This document shows positions 33,386-48,600 of a stretch of 64,000 nucleotides of DNA, in pieces. The stretch is taken from NCBI RefSeq assembly GCF_009914755.1, contig NC_060930.1. One strand, written 5' to 3'. The notes under the pieces were generated by a model. The model made no database searches, was not told where the DNA came from, and was given only the letters and a program-made list of their open reading frames with translations. The translations under genes were made by a program, and so were the position numbers. Source of the stretch: the human T2T-CHM13v2.0 reference genome, Homo sapiens. How positions within the stretch are numbered: position 1 is the first letter of the stretch; every line of letters begins with the position of its first letter.

Positions 33386-34544
33386 AGCTGTGTAAACTTA
33401 TGAAACAAAGACCAAGCTGAGGTCCTTGCCTCACCTGCTGTGCTTCAAGGGCTCATCAGCTTGGTCCCAAATGATGTCTTCAGTAGGTGGCGAAATGTTA
33501 AAACTGGGAGCTATGTGAATGAATGCGCTGAAAGACAAAACACGTTAGATCAGTTAGGTCACTATAACAAAACGTAGTATCATGCAACCAAGTGCTGTTA
33601 ACCAACTTCCTTCTCTGCTTGACATTGAACTACCTGCAAATTTAGTGCTTAGAAAAGGTCCAGGGACTTGCCCATGAGGAAGAACTCAGCAATACCACAG
33701 ACTTTAATGCAACTGGATTTCACCTCCTCATGTCACCAAGACTTACTGTGCAGGGTACAAATGGCCTTCTTCCGTGTCAAATCTTATGTCCCCCTTTCAC
33801 TCTTGTTCTCCTTGACTTCTTTGTAGTGTCTGACACTGTTCAGTAGTTTTTTTTTTCCTCTTTTTATTCTCCTCTCTCTCCTGCTTCGCCTGTTTCTTTT
33901 ATGGTTTCCTGCTCCTCTTTCTCCTTCTGCTTCTTGACCAAGGACACTTTTTAAGGCCCTGGGTTTTTCTCTCTCCCTCAGAAATCGTCTGTTCCCAGCA
34001 CATCAATTCTCTCCTTGCAGATAGCCCCCCAATCATCCCCATTCCCTCCCTTGAACTCCTCTCCTTTATTCTCAACTCTCCAGTGAGCCATTTTTCCTGC
34101 ATATGGTATCTCTACTGCATATGCTCTTCAAAAGCCTTCATTTCTTGCTGCAACACTACTGCTGTGGAAAAATGAGCTTGTCTATTGACCTCATTGATTT
34201 CTGCAATAGCAGAATTATCCTCCCAGCCAACCAAGCTCCAAATCTTAGATTCACTTTTGCTCATTCCCTCTTCTTCAATTCCAGTCATTCATCAAGGCCT
34301 CTTGATTTGTTACATCTCACCTCTATCTTTTGCTACCCACTTACACTGACCAGATCCTGCTTAGCTGAGAAAAACTCCCTCTTCTCTTCTTTCCTAATGT
34401 TTCCTCTTGTAAAATTGGCCAGCGTGCTGCTGCCATTTTGATCTTTCTATCACTACCCCTGCCATTTTCATCTTCCTCTCGCTATCCCCAGCAATTTGAG
34501 AATCCTCATCACCCCTCTAACAAGCAACCTGCATTGCCCAGTAG

Positions 34545-35080
34545 AGAGAAAACAAGACAGCAGAGTAGCTAAGAACTCAGGCTCTGGATCCTGGTGGCCA
34601 TGCTTTGAATCACAGTTCCACAACTTAACTGCTATGTGCCTCAGTCTCCTCATCCCTCAATGAAGGCCAGGTGCAGTGGCTCACACCTGTAACCCCAGCA
34701 CTTTGGGAGGCTAAGGCGGAGGATCGCTTGAGGCCAGGTGTTCAAAACCAGCCTGGATAACATAACGAGTTCCTGTTTCTATGGGGAAAAAAAATTAGCC
34801 AGGCATGGTGGCACACACCTGTAGTCCTGGCTACTCAGGAGGCTAAGGCAAAAGGATCACTCGAGCCCAGGAGTTCGAGGCCACCATGAGCTACGATCAT
34901 ACCACTGCACTCCAGCCTGGGCAACAGAGCAAGACTCTGTTTCTAAAAAAAGTGGGGGCAGGAGGGACTTGATAATATCTCCTGCAAAGGCTTGCTGTGA
35001 AGATAAGAATAGTTAAAAGGTGTGAAGAACTTAGAAGAGTGCCTAGCACAGTAAGCACTCCATTAAGTGTTAAATGGTAA
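34545..35080 (+). mobile_element. MIR split by an Alu
   Basis: MIR 5' part ends gtgcctcagtctcctcatc and resumes after the Alu with gtgcctagcacagtaagcactc. Confidence 0.8.
34665..34951 (+). mobile_element. Alu (AluJ-like)
   Basis: Full dimer. Confidence 0.92.
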
Positions 35081-37084
35081 TGGCTCCCAGCTGGACTGGC
35101 CCACACAGCATCTCCTAAACCTGTGTGCTCACCCTTCCTTTGTTATTACACCTTCCATCATTTGGCTTATACAGTGTGGAAACTCTTCTTCTCTTGGCTC
35201 CTCTATACAAATTCTGCCCACTGTCAAGGCTCGGGTCTGATTTCCCACTCAGCCAGTGGGAAATCTGAGTACTTCAGCTGCAAACTAGCTTTTCTGCCTC
35301 TGAACTTCTAGAATATTTACTAGATGTCCCTAAATCAAGTTGTTTTTTAAATTACTGAGTGTGGAGGGAAGCTCACAGGCTGGAAATTACTGGTGATGGA
35401 GCTGGAGGTCTTGCTCTTTCCTCTGGGTGCCCCTAAGTGGGTAATGTCTCAGAACCCCAGCTTCTTTCTCTGAAAAAGTTATTATCTTATTTATAAGGTT
35501 TCCTCAAAGACTGAATAAGAACATGTAAAGCTCCTATCATATAATCAGGCGTAAACATTAGTTCCCTTCCAGTGGGACTATAAACCTCCAAGGGTAGCTC
35601 ACGTTTCTCCGTGCTCCAAGGACAGTAATATGCAGAGATTAAACAGACAGATAGGGGAATACAGACTGAATAAACGAAAACCTTTCCAAGTCTGATTTTA
35701 TGACAATATTCTGAAATGGGCTTTTCCATGCCTATTCTAAACAACTGACAGTGCTTCCATCATAAAATGCATTTTGACACACTTAATCTTCCAAGAACAT
35801 ACGTTGATTCTATGCCCTGATGAGAGAATATATTAGCTACTTAACCTTTATCTAACTCTTACATAATATTAAGATTTTTTTAAGATTCATTTTTACAAAA
35901 CTCAGAAAGTCCACACACAACAAAAACAAAACAAAACAAAAAAAGGAACACAAAGTAATTGAAAAGACTTTTCATACCTAAAAAGGGAATTTTTAATCAC
36001 AACCTTAGTCATAAACCTCAACAGGCAAGTCAGAAGCAGTGAAAGATAAAAGTGCCAACAAGAAAATCCGGTTGAAGTGCCACTCGGGTTCATGCAGTGG
36101 GTTACAGGGCGCACAAGACAAGCTGGCGGAAGTGGGTGCTGTACCTTTATCACAGCCGCCCCCACCTGACCACCTGTAGCAGCCTCAGAGGAAGCAGACA
36201 ACCCCCACACACTTTCCAGCTGCATCTTTGCAGCCACAAAGTACGCACATACAATCAGCTAACGTATAAAAGTATATCAGAAGCATCAATGTGAAAAGGG
36301 AAAAAATCTTTAACTCGTGATGAGTAACCTGTGTTATTTAGATTCTGTCATTGAGACCTGATGCTAAGGGGAGACCCCTCTAAAGACACCCACACAACCC
36401 TGATAACTGGCAGCATAAGTGCATAATCTTTGCATCAAATACCTGGGGCACTGAAGAGGCTGAAGCAGCAAATCCTCTGGTAGAGGGTGAGGACCAAATG
36501 GGGGTACCTCAGAGGCTACAGTTCCTCCCCCTAGTGTTCAATGACAAATGGAAACATGTCACTGGGTCCAAACGCAGGGAGGACTAGTCTTTGCTTTGGC
36601 ACCAGGCTAGACAAAGAAAAGACCCCTTGCCCCGTGACCCCACATTGTCCTACAAAGGAAAAGGCTGGATTTTGTTGATGAATGCAATTCACATGTTTGG
36701 AGCAGTGTCATTTGAAAGGACTGCTTCAGAAATTCATGCAAGTCACATAAGTGGAGAGAAAACAGGAAAAAATTAAGAATGGCTGTTTACAAGTCACTTC
36801 TAAAACTTTGCTTTGTTCTACTTGAACAATTTTTATCATCATTTAAAGCAGTTAAATTAAAATGCACCTGCACTGTAAATCGTGAGAGAACATACCTGCT
36901 CTTCAAATATGACTTGAAAATTATTTGGTTTCTCCCCTACCTCCCCCTACCTGGGATGCTCTCATTTTACATTTAATTTGGAAAATTAGAAGAAAAATGG
37001 AATAAGCTCAAATCCTAACCAAAATTTGTTTTTACTTTTAAAATACAACCATTTTAGAATTTTTTAATAAATGTAAAATATTTT

Positions 37085-37278
37085 ATTATTTACTTAACTT
37101 TTACCTTCAGGGTTACATGTGCAGATTTGTGATATGGGTAACTTGCGTCATGGGGGTTTGTCGTACAGATTATTTTGTCATCCAGGTACTAAGCCTAGTA
37201 CCTGATAGGTTTTTTTTTTTCTGCTCTTCCCCCTCCTCCCACTCTCCACTCTCCAGTAGGCCCCAGTGCCTGTTGTTC
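37085..37278 (-). mobile_element. L1PA-like 3' end fragment
   Basis: ttcagggttacatgtgcag...gtacagattattttgtcatccaggtactaagcctagtacc. Confidence 0.85.
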
Positions 37279-37279
37279 T

Positions 37280-37587
<308 letters not shown>

Positions 37588-38779
37588 TTAAAGAAAAGTG
37601 TAACTTTTAAACCTACTTTCATAGTTCAAATACACCCAGTATTTGGAGGTCAGAGTAGTCACACTTCACTAACTTTATAAAGGAGAGGCTTTCAATAAAT
37701 GCAAGGAATGTCTACCACAGCAATACATGTGTAAAACGTTTCATCTATGACAGCCATGTTCTAAATTAATGTTATATTTCCTACTCTGAAATAATTTTAA
37801 TTTATGACTAAAAATGGTAACAAATGTTCTTTTCATTGAGGCCCAAGAAAGTATGAGAGTATTTATTCACATATTCTCATTTCCCATGTAACATGCCTAG
37901 GGCCATCCTGAATGAGAGCACAGAAAATGTGAAGGATTTCTCTGCCTAGTCTGCTTAAGATCAACAACACCTATAAGTCTAAACATAAAACACACACCTT
38001 TAAATGATCACCATTAATGTTAATAAGCATTAAAGGTAGACACTGAAGTCTTTTGTGTTGGCAAATCCTAGAACTACATTTTCATTCAGACAGGTTGCCT
38101 CTGGATAAACGTCTAAGATTTTTTCTAAAAACAAGTTATGGTATTTATAATTGCCTTCTTTAAAAGAATGCAAATTCTTTTGCCTGCAGATTACGCTAAG
38201 CAAAAGAGTGAGAGAGAGGGGAAATTTCAGTAAAATTTTGAGAACCATAGCTTGCATTATAGATTTTGGAATGTACCTTCCTGCCATTTAACCCAACCCC
38301 ATTTTCTTATTTCCTAGTAAATACACTCCCCAGTTATTCATCCCTTATTATACCCTGGGACAATGGTCATTTTGGTACCAATCACACCTTAGTTTTCCAC
38401 TATCACCTGCTAAAAGTTCTCTTGGAGAAAAAAAATATAACTGTAAGAGAAACCTGAGTGATATAACGTCAGTATTTTAACATCCTAACCCTTTCAAATT
38501 CTCTCTATATGAGAATTGACTATTTTCATCCTCCCTTGAAAAAATGTGTTCAGGCATTAAAATTCCTCTACCTTGGACCTTTTCATAATGGCTGCCTTAG
38601 TATTTATTTTGATACACTATTCAAGACACCAACAGTTTGAGGTTTTCACTTCTTTTCTTGAAGAGTGTCACAAAGTCAAATTTCAGCCTCATCTACAAGA
38701 CATTTAAAAATTACACTGCTTTCCTGATTTAACTCCTAAATATGCCCAACACAAATAATTATGTTGTTCACCTGAAGAT

Positions 38780-39240
38780 ATGTTCTAGAATCTTCACATT
38801 GCTACTCATAATGGCCCCAAACTGGAAACTATACAAATTAATAAATAGTGGTATAGTCACACAATATAATACTATATAGCATGGAGAATGAAAAATCAAC
38901 TACCATAGTCAATATGGTGTCATGCACAATATGAGTTAACTGTGCATATTATCGAGTGAAAGAAGTTAGACACAAAATAGTACATTCTGTATCTCCATTG
39001 ATATAAAGTTCAAAAACAGGCAAAGCAAATCTATGCTTTCCCAAGTCAGAGTAGTGGCTACCACGGGTGAAGTAGTTACTGGAAGGAAGCCTGAGGGATT
39101 TCTAGGGCGCTGATAATGCTGTGTCTTAATCTGGGAACTGGTTACAACAGCGTGTTCACTTTATGGAAATTCGTCAGTAAGATGAATATATGTTATATGC
39201 ATACTTTTCCCTATTTATATTATCATTCAATTAAAAAGAA
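38780..39240 (+). mobile_element. L1ME-like 3' fragment
   Basis: ccccaaactggaaac...tataaagttcaaaaacaggcaaa...atctgggaactggttaca. Confidence 0.7.
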
Positions 39241-40414
39241 ATAAAATTAATCAGCTTCTCTTAAGAAACAGACTTACAGGAATGAAAACTAGTGTGTTTC
39301 ACACAGTAAAATGGAAGAAGCTTAAGAGCTAGGTTCAAATTCCAGACTCTACCATTAATTATTCAATCTTAGCTTCTGTGGCTTCCAGTTCTATAAAATG
39401 GAGCCAACAGCAAAGATCAAATGACATAACACTGAAGGCATTTTAAGCAAGAAGAATATACAAATGCTGAGCACTACTGCCTGAAATACTAATAATGTAC
39501 TTATCCGAGAAGCCTTTAAAGTTACATGGTTCTACACAAAATGTTAGTATAAACATAACTGGCAAGATAATATTATCAGTTTTGCCATTTAAAGAACTTC
39601 CTAACAATCAAAGATATGCAACATTTATTCTACCCAAAGTTAAAGTGTCCTGCCCTAACCTCTACTTTGAGACACTTGGTAAATAATTTTCGGAAGAGTG
39701 TCAAGATACATAATATTATAGGAGACGATGTCAAATACTAAAGCTTCAATAATAAGTGGACTAGAGAATGATTCTACTCACAGCTCACAGTTCAATCCAT
39801 CTCTTCTTCTCACTGACTTCTCAACCATTCTGTGCTTTTCCATGTTTTCCTCCTTCTTCCCACTCTACCCTGCCTCCTACCTGGCCATGCCCCCTTTCTC
39901 TCTGCCCACTGAAATTCTACCCACTCGTCAGTGCCCAGCCAAGGCATTCCTCTGGTGGGACACCCTTCCAGGCCATGGAGACCTTTCCAGGCCGTGGAGA
40001 CCTTTCCTTCCTTTGAAGCACTTTTTTTAGTGCCTCAACCGTCTGTTTGCAACAGTCTTGGACCTGAGCATTGAACAGCTATGTATCTCTCAAGCCATGA
40101 TTTAACAACTCATGTGCTCATATCTTGCTTCCCCAGTAGACTATATGTTTTCCCTAAAGGCAGGGACCTGTGTGATACTTATTTTAATCCCCCTTCAATG
40201 CTCTGTACATTGTAGATATTAAATGCTTGCTACCCAGTGCTCTACTTTGTGGGTTCAAGAAAGCAGTAATCTCTAAAAGTAGGGCAAAGGTGCAGACTGG
40301 GATTTCTTCAAGTAAGTGGATTCTGTCGGTGGCACCTCATCTCTAAAACTCTCTGTTAAGCTCTGATCTTCTTTTCTCTGAGAGCTCTCAATCACTCTAG
40401 ACTTTAGAGACTAA

Positions 40415-40705
40415 ATCAGCACTTTGAAATCAAAGTATAAGGTGAACCACATATAATTTTAAATTTCTAGTAGCCACATTAAAAAGTAAAAAGGAACAGG
40501 CCAAATGTATCTTAATATTTACTAGTTAATCCTATATATGTAAAACATTATCATTTCAACATGTAATCAACATAATAAAAATTATCAAGGAGATATATAT
40601 CCTTTTTGTTTGAAAGCTGGTGTATATTGCACAGCACATCTCAACCACATTTCATATGCTCAAATGCCACATGTGGCTGATGGCTACCATACTGGACAGA
40701 CCAGG
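40415..40705. mobile_element. MER33/MER3-like hAT-Charlie DNA transposon
   Basis: ttctagtagccacattaaaaagtaaaaag...gccacatgtggctgatggctaccatactggacag. Confidence 0.8.
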
Positions 40706-40797
40706 TTTAGAGTTCAAGCTAGAATATGTGATTTCAAACCATTCTGAAAAAATCTAAAATCGAACAAACGCTATAGGAATATGCAGTAATCTTCCTA

Positions 40798-41133
<336 letters not shown>

Positions 41134-42169
41134 CTACTTTATCATTTTATAAAGCCCTCTGTCATACATTATCTCATCTAGATGACATACGTACAGCAAA
41201 CATTAAGCCATAAAGTAGTTTCTTGGTCCTATATACCAAAAGAACACAGACCTGGTAACACACGCTTAAATCAAATAACTCACAGCCTTAAAGAACATCT
41301 ATTCATGAGACGTTTTCTCCATTTTTACTATACAGTAAAGCATATTTTATCTCTTATTTTAAGTCATTTAAGAACTTTTTATTTTGGAATTTTATGACTA
41401 GCCCTTTAAATATTAGTTTTGCTAGGAACATCAAAAGAACAAGTGACTAATTACATAAAGGGGAAAAGATTAAATGAATCATGGATTCCACTTGAACTTC
41501 ATCAGTTAAAAGGATAATTAGCAAAATATTTAAGGAAAAAGTAAATGAGCTTGTTAGTCATGGCCTTTTGAGGGGAAAAAGGTAAAACTATTTTACTTGC
41601 CTGATCTCAGATCTAGAATCTAAAAGATAAAGAGGTATTGTGGAGAATCATTATAAAATACTCAGACTTCAAAGGTTCCCATAAGGTCAAAATATGGACT
41701 ATGTATAAGAAGAAAAAATATGCTAAATATAAAATCAATGTATTAATGAGATATATTTATTTAAATATCCCTTTTGAGTATTCTTAACAGGTATTCAGAA
41801 CCCTAATCTGCTTTTGAATTTTCAATGAATATAAAAGAAAAATTTGAAGACATTAATGGAGAATTTTAAAGCAAGAATCTAATCCTGTATGTTAGAAAGA
41901 AGAAAATACAACGTTATATAATATTTTAATTCTTATAGGTGCCCAAATACATAAGCAACCTAACTTTGACATCGGGGGAAACTGGACAAATCCATTTAAA
42001 ACTAATTTAGCAACAAATACTTACATGGTTCTGTGGACATGTAACATCCCAAGGTGTTTTAAATTGATAATGTCACCATATGAACTGATAATTTTCAGTT
42101 GAACATACAGTTTATTCTATAAAATCATTAAATCTTAAGAACCATGAGGGATCTTAGAGACATTTAGCC

Positions 42170-42330
42170 CAGTGCCTCTCAAATTTTGATGTTTATGTGA
42201 GACCCCAGGGGCACCTTGAGAAAGTGCAGATTCAGACTCAGTAGGTGTGGGTGGCCCTGAGACTTCATTTCTAACAAGCTCCAGGTGATGCCGATGCTGC
42301 TGGTCCAGGGACCAGGCAGTGGGTATTGTG
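42170..42330. mobile_element. MER5-like DNA transposon
   Basis: cagtgcctctcaaa...gcagattcagactcagtaggt...catttctaacaagctccaggtgatg. Confidence 0.8.
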
Positions 42331-43014
42331 GCCCCAGTCAAGTCTAAGGGAGGTCCCACAGCCTCTGCTTGGGCATCTCCAGTATCCAGGACTTGAAACC
42401 TGCCTCCAAGGGTAGACATTACAGGGAGGGACTTGTATATTACAGAGAGGGAAGCAACAAGGAAAGGCTGCTTCCACTTCTAGTGATGGAAGACACTCTT
42501 TCTCTCCCAACATCTCCTCTTCTCCATGTTGAAAATCCCCACTTCCTTTGGCCACTCTTAGAACTGATAGGTTTCCAGACCCCTAAACATCTTTATCACA
42601 GAAAATGCTCCCTCTGTGGTGAAAATCTTTCTTAAAATAAATCCCTTGGGACAAGACATAGCATCCCACACATGGGACATCCAGACCTGAGAGTAGTTGA
42701 GTGAGAACATTACATTCCCTGATCTAAAGGGGACAGCTCTCTTAATGTGGCCTTAAGGAGGTGTCGCCTTCTGTAAGAATCACACTGCACTGGTGGCTCA
42801 CAATGTTGTGGAGGAAATAATACCAAGCAAGTGTTCCCATGTGCACTTGAACAATTATTTTTAACTAAAATGTAGCAATTTACAGTTATTTCTATTTAAT
42901 GTCATCTTGCTACTATAACAACTCACATAAATCCTTTAAAATGTTTACTAATAGGTCACACATATATAAAAAACATAGACAGTTTTTAAAAACAATTATG
43001 AAGAAAGAATATCC

Positions 43015-45261
<2,247 letters not shown>

Positions 45262-45312
45262 TCCTCATGCATTTTTAACTTTTGAACTATTTTATAAGAA
45301 TTTTTTAGGTCT

Positions 45313-45676
<364 letters not shown>

Positions 45677-48600
45677 CTAGAAATTCAGTTGCTTTGACTA
45701 TAAAATACAAAAAGCAAAGGCTCTGGGATAAGACCACTGTGATACGAAGCTAAGATAGTGATCTCTGATAGTCTGGCCAAACTGCAGCAAAACCAACCAA
45801 AACTAAACAAAAAACAAAAATGTCCCCATATGTAGACATACGGAAATGGGCTGCAAAAAGATGAACGTACACCTGAATTCCTGGTGACATCTGGGCAGCC
45901 CCTCAGCAGGTAGCACAGTTCTTCCTGAGCTAGCTGCTCCACTCTGCTGTTTCCTCTGACTCGCATTTTCTGTTAACCTTCCTCTTGGAATCCTTTGACA
46001 ATGACTCACAGGGTTATGGGGCTACTTAGCAATACCACAGCCCTCCGCAATAGATGCTGTGTAGGAGGGACGCAGCTCAGTGGATTGTAGTCTGCACCAG
46101 TATTTTCCTTTCTGCATTCAGGGAGGATTTGCTTTTCAGCCACATTTCCCTCAAACACAGCCCCGACAGGAGATGCTTAGCGCAGAGATTTCTAAACGAT
46201 GAAATGATCTGAGTTTGGCTCCTTAATCATAATGAAACTAAAAACAGTAAGATGAGAAAACAACAGGGGGATCATCATTCCTACAAAAAACAACTTTATA
46301 CTTGGGCAAAATCAAGAGATTAAAAAAAAAAAGCTCAAACTAACATTTTCCAACCTTTCACTAAGAGCAAGGGCTAAAACCACATGTTTTGAAGGTCTTG
46401 CACTGTGTTATTATTAGAAGTCACAATTCTATTGATACTGATGAGTCATTCGTATCGGCGGAAACCAAGAACTTCCATCAACATCATGTTACACACAGTC
46501 ACTGTGGCTTTTCTTTATTACTGGTCAAAGCTGCTTCAGAATGCTTATTGAAACTTAAGAAAAAGAAGGCAAACTCCTCAAGGGTGTGCAAAGCTTTCCC
46601 TTCCCCAGCTGATCTTACTTTAATCATCCTTTTTCAAGACAGTTTATGATGATTGGATCAACTTGTATCTACAAAAGGAAGTTTATTTAGAAGCCTCAGA
46701 AAAGCAACATTTCACACTTTCCGATGAAAATAAGCAAAACTGAACTCTGAAAACAAACAGTGAAACCATCTCTGAAAATACATGCTAGCTTTAAAATGAC
46801 CTGAGGTCAAGTTTTTTGTTTTGTTTTTTAACCTCAATAACAGGGAACGGATATAAACAAAAGCTGTCATCACTTAGGGACTTCAGCCACATAAAACAAT
46901 GTCAGGCTAGTCACTTGCACCCTCGCCCCTGCTTCCCTACTCAGGACACACTGCTTTGCACTGAGGGAGAAGTGGGTCAGGTTTCAGTTACGCCAAGAAA
47001 GCCTAACTAAGTTAAAGGTTTATGAAAACTCTTTCTGATCTTAGTAGGAAATAACAGCACATTCCCTTTTCATTTATTATCAGCCCCTTTTGCCTCTCCC
47101 CTTAAATATTCCCAGAAAAATAAAGTGAAGCAAAAAAAAAGTTTTCCTGAGGCATATCCAGAAATGCTATGAATCTTTATGCAGTCCCTACAAAGGTAGA
47201 AATTTGTCCAATTTTCTCCCCTGCAACCAGAAGGCTGTGTCTGGCTGCTGGCAGGAGAAGAGGACCCAGCTCAGCAGTGACCACAGATCTGAAAATAGCC
47301 TCCCAGTAGCTAACCAGCCCAGCAGCCCGGAGCTCTCCAAGGGCGGTGCTGGTACTATGGGCAGTTTACAGTGCGGCCAGCTGAGTGCTACAACAGCTGC
47401 ATGAGTCAGCAAGCACTGCTGGTAGGAAAGTGCTGACATGCTAAATTACTCTCGTGTACTTGAGATGCACACACCTACCTGGCAAAAACAAAAACAGGGT
47501 ACATGCAAATTAGCAAACGGGAACCTCTCTACGCTTGCAGTTTCTATTTTCCAAGGTTAGACCAAAAATATAAATAATCTATGCCACTGCTCAAAAAGAA
47601 GTAACAACTAATAATAATTAATCATGGTAATAAACAACTCACTCTTAGTGTTGCTATGTGTGGAACAGCTGCACTGAAATCTCACGAGCCAGTTAATTTT
47701 AACTGGTTTTAATTTTAACTAGATTTAACTGCTTTTCCTCCCTTCTGAAAAATCAAAATAGTTACCATATCGACCACAAGAACTGGTAACAGACAAGCAC
47801 AGTTCCTGTTTTTCAGAGGGGACTTACTTTCAAACCCACAATATCAAGACGCTTAACATAAGTGGAAATTTAAAATGTACTGTTTAATGTGGGAAATTTA
47901 AAACCTGTATGCTAATTGAGATCTCATGTGCCAGGCTTTGTCTGACAATGCCTCTCATTCATCTATGTTCTCTCGTTTTATACGGGACCTAAAAATCTGC
48001 AGGAACACTGGTTGTCTGGAACTGAGAATACATTTTCCCACAGAAATAGGGCCAGGCCAATGAGCTAGGATTCCTTGATAGTCCGTGAAAATGTCTTGAA
48101 CTTAAAATATGAGAGGTTAAATTTATAATCTAAAAAGAAAATGATACTACAATGATAGTTCCAAAACCATTTAAAAGAAAATACTCTTGATTAACTGTGT
48201 TTGAGGAAATGTCTAATTACAGGAGGATGAAGGGACACAGTCTTCCAAGTGACACTTTCAGACTTCAACTTTAGGGTCATTCTGGTTCTCTAACATGGTT
48301 TCAATTGATAGTTTCATTTAAAATGCATAGAATTCTCTTACTTTGGCATAAAGTATTGTTAGAAAAAAAATCTTTATACTTACCGGTTTTAAGTACTGTT
48401 TTGTTCTCCAAAAAAAAAATTGAGACTTGGAAAACAAAAAAGGAGGAGAAACAAGTACAAAGAGGGGGTACTAGAGAGAGGGAAACAAATTAAGTCTGGA
48501 ACAAAGAAAGACACGGAGGTATAACTAAACTGCAAAAACAAAGGAGAGGTAGGAACTAGAGGGCAGTTCCCCGCTAGACAGTGTGTTCCCAGAGAAAGAG

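Noticed and set aside
45685-45966. ATG-initiated ORF MRVRGNSRVEQLAQEELCYLL as an alternative first coding exon
   Set aside because: The donor CAG|GTGTAC is weak and there is no homology or promoter evidence.
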